Shown: piece by piece, positions 59,178 to 64,000 of the stretch
How the letters are laid out: each line of letters begins with the position of its first letter
Position numbering within the stretch: position 1 is the stretch's first letter
Source: Pelomyxa schiedti
Taxonomy: Eukaryota; Protista; Evosea
Reading direction: 5' to 3'
Assembly (NCBI GenBank): GCA_020536535.1
Contig: JAHLWZ010000863.1
Coordinates: forward strand, 4,430 to 68,429
Length of the DNA: 64,000 nucleotides
Translations under genes and position numbers: made by a program
The notes under the pieces: generated by a model
Database searches by the model: none
What the model was told of the DNA's origin: nothing
The model's input: only the letters and a program-made list of their open reading frames with translations

Positions 59178-60452
59178 TTACAACCCACTGGTCTTTGGCT
59201 TGAGGTTGATTGTGATGTTATCAAAGAGTTCCATCATTGCTTTTGTTTTGGGTCCCACTGTGCCTGATCCTATTACAGCTCCATCAACATTGACTATTGG
59301 AAGGACTCGTTTATTGGCAGCAGTGAAAAAGGCCTCATCAGCATGCAGGAGTTCATCTATGTGAACTTCCCTTTCCTCCACAGCCCAACCATGGGTACGG
59401 GCCAACTGAAGGATGTGTTTGCGAGTAATTCCAAGTAATATCCCCTATATATTGTTTCTTAGTTGGTTGAAAGATTGCACAATAATTAAGATTTCTCACT
59501 GTTTGAGGAGTTATCAGTACACCATTTTTCACAAGGAAAATGTTGGAAACAGAGCCCTCATATATAACTGGAGTGGAAATTAGGAGAGTCTAATGCCAGA
59601 TGAATACCTCTAGTATCTGGGTTCATATAAATCGACTCAACTGCTCCGACTTGCTTTGCCTTTTGTGCCAAAACAACTGCCGGGAGGTAGTTCAGATGTT
59701 TTGCTTCTAAGAGGGTGTCAAGGAATGGACACTTCAAACACTAGAAGTGCTTGGGAGGTTGAATCGAAATAGGTTCAAAGAACTCCCGGACATTCATAAA
59801 AAATACCAGGGATAAATCGGTGCATTGGAGCAGTAATTGCCTTGACACCGTTTGTATAGCACTCAGCTGGATAGCGGGATAGCGGCTGACTAATCACAAT
59901 GAGTGACGGTGTTCCGTGGGGAGTAAGGCCGTCAAGAGTAATTCCACCAGATAGAAGCAGCCTGATACCACTCTCCCCACTGTACACACCTGTTTTTGAA
60001 CCCCGCCAAATATTGCAAAGTCAGCACCAATGACTTACAGTCACAAAGCTACGTACTTTTGTTCCGCTCCAAAACCAAGTTGACGGCGGCGGTAATAGTT
60101 TCATCGTCATAAGGTATTCTCAGGCCAACCAAGTCAGCACTCCTGCGGAACCTCTCCAAAGAATGGGGCAACAACAGCGGGGCTTCCGAGTATGTCCTCA
60201 GGAAATCAAATATGCCTTTTGTTTTGTGTGTTGTTTTTCAAGTGAGTTAAAGACTGATTGGTTTATATCGTACAAACGGACCTGCCCCCCTTAGAACCGT
60301 CAGATCTCTACACGGGACACTCGCACTCGACAGGGGCATCAATGTGCCATTCACCCAACACCACGGATCTACAGCTGGAGCACCACTATTCGTTGTCTGT
60401 TGTTGTCGTGCGTGAGGGTTGTGTTTGGCCTAGCCGCAAGTGTACGTACCAT
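59178..60452 (-). CDS. Class IV PLP-dependent aminotransferase (branched-chain/D-amino-acid type), multi-exon
   Basis: WVNG..DL.VLRG, GIFDFLRTY, IRLLLSGG, KHLNYL (PLP Lys), EGSVSNIF, ILLGITR, ADEAFFT..VLPI. First exon appears to be ATG alone (60452-60450). Confidence 0.9.
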
Positions 60453-60598
60453 CGCTAGATCTCCTGAAAAGTTTCGAACAACGTAAGTTCTATGAAGTCC
60501 AGCTGGGAAAAATAATGTGCCGCAAGTTATCGGCGGTCCTGAGCACACTGTTGATAACAGCTTTGATACGCCTCAATACCTATGAACTCGAAAGTCTC

Positions 60599-63364
60599 AT
60601 GGACGACGAGGGAGATGGGAGCCACAGTATGATTGTTTGGGGACAGAGGCGCACTGGGACGCTAACTCAGGGCACGACTGACGGCTGGGGTGCCATACGG
60701 TTCAACGACAAGTCGAGGTACGAGGGTGTGTGGCGCGATGGAAACTGGACCAGGGGGACGTGGTACCAGTGCAGACAGGATGGCACCGTGCTGGCGTATG
60801 AAGGGGAGTGGGCGTGGGTGGACGCAGTAATGGGACAGCAGCTGCGCGGGTGGGGCCTGATGAGGGTGACGGAAACGCAGGGGTGCAACTACGCTTATGG
60901 GAAGGGCGCGGTGGTGTACGAGGGGCAGTGGGAACGGGGAAACTTCCATGGCAAGGGGACTCTGAAATTAGGGAAAAACGACGTATATATTGGCGCTTTT
61001 GAGAATGGCAAAAGAAGTGGAAATGGAACAATGTTTTTTCGCGATGGTGGGAGTTATATTGGTGAGTGGAGGGATGACTTGTTTCATGGACATGGGGTGC
61101 GACTACTGGCTAATGGTGACTCATACATCGGATATTGGGACAGAGGTTTGGAAAAAGACAAGAAAGGGTGGAAAGTATGTCACAGTGAGAGTTCTAAGCT
61201 AAAGAACGTGGAAGCTATGTTGCAGGAGGCTAACGGAAAACTCATTGATGCTAACGCACAAATCGTTGACGCAGTTGCGCAAAGAAATTTCGCAGTCAGT
61301 CATCTGGCAAGGGTAGAACTAATCCTTTTTTACCTCAAGCTGGGTATTACAGTTATTTCTGTGCTTGCCATTGCTTTTTTGTTTACTTTCTATGTCAAAC
61401 AATACAAAATGAGCAAACTTGTGAAGGTATATGAATTTTTTTCTTTTTAAATTATTTTTGTTTACATTTAAAAACCTAGGAAAGGGCGACAGAAGTAGAA
61501 AATAGATGTGTGTCTTTAAGCTTTGCTCCCGATCACTAACAACAAACAGTTGCGCAACACATACTGCAACATGTTCAAGGAGGTATATGGGTCAAGAGAC
61601 TTCCCCAAGGCATCGAAAAAGAAGTTAAGATCACATTCATGAACAATGAGTTTAAGGAAGCTTTCTGCTGCAATTGCCCTTTGGACAAAGTAGGTTAAAG
61701 GGAAAAACCTAAAAACTAAATTTCAAAAGGTTGTAAAGATATCCATTCAAAACCAGTTCGGAGTTGATGCATGTCATCAAGAAGCTTATCTTGTGAAGCG
61801 AGATGGTGAGGAGCTTTTACCTCCTCTGCTCACTTTGTCTCAGTGCCACGTTGATGACTGTATGTGCCATCACTTTATAGTTGTACTTCCTCATTTTTAT
61901 AGCTGCTCCTTGTTCGATCAAAGTGAAGATGAGACCTGTTCCCACAGTGAGGAGAAGTGATCTCACGCCTGGGCTCCCAATTGGTCGTGGGTCATATGGC
62001 CGGGTATTTGAGTGTGAGCACAAAACAACCAAAGAGAAATTTGCAGTGAAAGAGCTCCACGGCGTGCTTGATTCGGACTATTATATAGAAAGATTCCAAC
62101 GTGAAGCTGAGGTTCACCTTTTGTGTCGCGACCGTTTCTCTCATATTACATAGACTGTTGCGGCCCTGGAACATCCAAACATTGTTAAATTAATTGGAAC
62201 ATGCCCCCCTGCTTCAGAGTTGTGGATTGTTTCAGAGCTCCTTGGTTGCAATCTGAGATGCCTTATTACCAAAGTCTTAGCATTTTAATATCCACCTATC
62301 TTACATCTTTAGAAAAACAGGTTAAATATTGAAGAGGCAACAGCAGTTTCCTGGGGGATTGCCAAGGGAATGGAGGCTATTCACAGGTTAAAATTTTTTT
62401 TTCAGGAAACCTAAATCTCTCAGACACAACTATATGCATCGAGACTTGAGTAGCAAAAACATCGTGTTTGATCCCTCTGGAATCCCAAAAATTTGTGATT
62501 TTGGTCTATCTCACTGGTTTTTTTAAAACGTAACTGTAATCCGTCAAGGAATGGCCCATGAAGTAGTTCCCAGGGATGATGGTATGACATTCATGCCTGG
62601 AACTCCCTTTTATATGGCACCACAAATGCAGACGCGTTACTACACAATTGCTGGTTACATTCTCTTTTTCTGATCCCAATCCATCAACATCATCGAAGGT
62701 GATATGTGGCAATTTGGAATTTTAATTAGTGAGATGATTTGTGGCGAAGTGGACCATTCTCAGCTACGGGGTGCCTCCCTAGCAGAAAATGAGCACTTCC
62801 TAGAAGAGCAGCAAAGCCGTCTTTCCCGGAGTGCCAAAGGTTTTGTTCTCCTACCGTTGCGTGTGCTTACCCAGAAACTGTTACAGAGGAAGTGAGCCGA
62901 CTTCTCAAAGACCCCAACTTCAAAGGTAGCCCAGGAATTTCTTCTCTTGCCGAGTACTTGGAGAGAAGGCGGACTTGCCTTAAAAAAGTTTCTGTGGAGC
63001 TCTCTCCCACTTCGAATATGTACCCCAAAACCACACACACTCTCGAAAAAGTGGTTGAATGGTGCCTCTCTGTCGTAGGTGTGCCAGATATCTTTTCCTG
63101 TTTACTTCAACGAATTAAATTGAGTCACCCACAGAGAAAGAGAGACCGCCGTTCAACGTGATTGTGCAACTGCTCTACTGCTGCCTGTCCTTATATTATT
63201 TTGAGTCTTGCCCCTCACCATACAACCCTGACCCTGCAGCAACCGGATCGAAGATACCCCCGGCTTACGAGAGTGACATCGCATCAAGAATATCGGCATG
63301 CTACTCCTCCTTGTCCCCTCTCACTGGCAGAGAACAGAAAGCCACGGGCAGGAAATTGTCCTAA
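60599..63364 (+). CDS. MORN repeats + coiled coil + hydrophobic segment followed by a TKL-like kinase (one gene or two adjacent genes)
   Basis: YEGxWxxGxxHGxG repeats at 60700-61150; kinase GRGSYGRV, AVKEL, HPNIV, HRDLSSKN, DFG, GTPFYMAP, DMWQFG at 61930-63150. Linkage across 61450-61900 not verified. Confidence 0.75.
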
Positions 63365-63555
63365 TTTTTTTTGTACTTCCAAAACAGCTGGCAGTGGAAG
63401 GAAGGATCGTTTTCTTTTACACGTGTAAGTACTTTGAAGTTCAACCTAGTCTCAGACAACTTGGACAAATAATGGCTGCTCGCGTCGTGTCAACGATGAT
63501 CGCAGGTTTTGTGCAGTACGCACAATATGAAAGTCAAACACTTGCGGCCCGCCGT

Positions 63556-63684
63556 ATGGTTGTTTGGGGACGGAAGCACACAGGGGCGCTCACTCAGCCC
63601 GACTGACGGCTGGGGTGTCGTGCTGTTCATCGATAAGTCCAGGTACGAGGGTGTGTGGCGCGATGGAAACTGGACCAGGGGGAC
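63556..63684 (+). pseudogene. Truncated, frameshifted copy of the MORN gene 5' end
   Basis: Matches 60629-60759, including an identical stretch GGTACGAGGGTGTGTGGCGCGATGGAAACTGGACCAGGGGGAC. Indel near 63597; homology ends abruptly at 63684. Confidence 0.75.
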
Positions 63685-64000
63685 ATCATTGGCAGCCTTG
63701 AACCAAGTTCATTTTACCTCCTAACTTTTGAGTGCCTAACACTTTGTCAGGTATTGTATCAAAAGCACGCTGCACAACAACACGAAGATGACGACAGCAC
63801 AATGAAGTTCAATGCCCGTTCATAACATGTTTTCAATAAAGAAATAACAGCAATGCTTAATCCGAGCAGGGGGAAAAAGTCGAACAAGGTACCATATCTG
63901 GGTTTCCTGCCCACGGTTCTGTTTTGGACACGGTGTCTTACATGTTCCGTCACAGAAACCTTGTTTTTAGGCAGCGCAAATCTGCCTGTGTCACAGATCG

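Noticed and set aside
60440-60598. 5' extension of the MORN ORF
   Set aside because: It begins at a non-ATG codon and overlaps the divergent aminotransferase start; ATG 60599 is more plausible.
1-64000. rRNA/tRNA genes, alternative genetic code, prokaryotic operons
   Set aside because: None recognised; in-frame stops are explained by short introns, and genes end in TAA, TAG or TGA.

Overview
Gene-dense eukaryotic DNA with many short (~40-90 nt) GT-AG introns and the standard genetic code, so most ORF-track entries are exon fragments or antisense shadows. An IFT38/CLUAP1 gene, an Entamoeba-style transmembrane kinase, and ankyrin and MORN-kinase families suggest a flagellated archamoeba such as Pelomyxa (inference only). 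About 19 genes can be supported. The first ~15 kb looks like an immunity/conflict island: (i) a gene with ~19 RI-type LRRs (one 84-nt exon per repeat), a SAM-like domain and a caspase-family (C14) protease with an intact His/Cys dyad; (ii) two tandem paralogues of a TRAFAC GTPase + Rcat-like Zn finger + R-S-ExE mono-ADP-ribosyltransferase fusion with a hypervariable insert; (iii) decayed, CpG-depleted transposon-like DNA and MITE-like foldbacks. Other genes are GH30, NAGLU (GH89), ricin-GH3, an SCP phosphatase, an EGF-CUB receptor kinase, CLUAP1, an unusual triple 3HCDH_N-like Rossmann + RING protein, an ankyrin-CaaX protein, a PRP4-like kinase, a BNR propeller, a very large Cys-rich surface protein, MFSD1, a class IV aminotransferase and a MORN-kinase. 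All domain calls come from motif recognition by eye; no searches were run.
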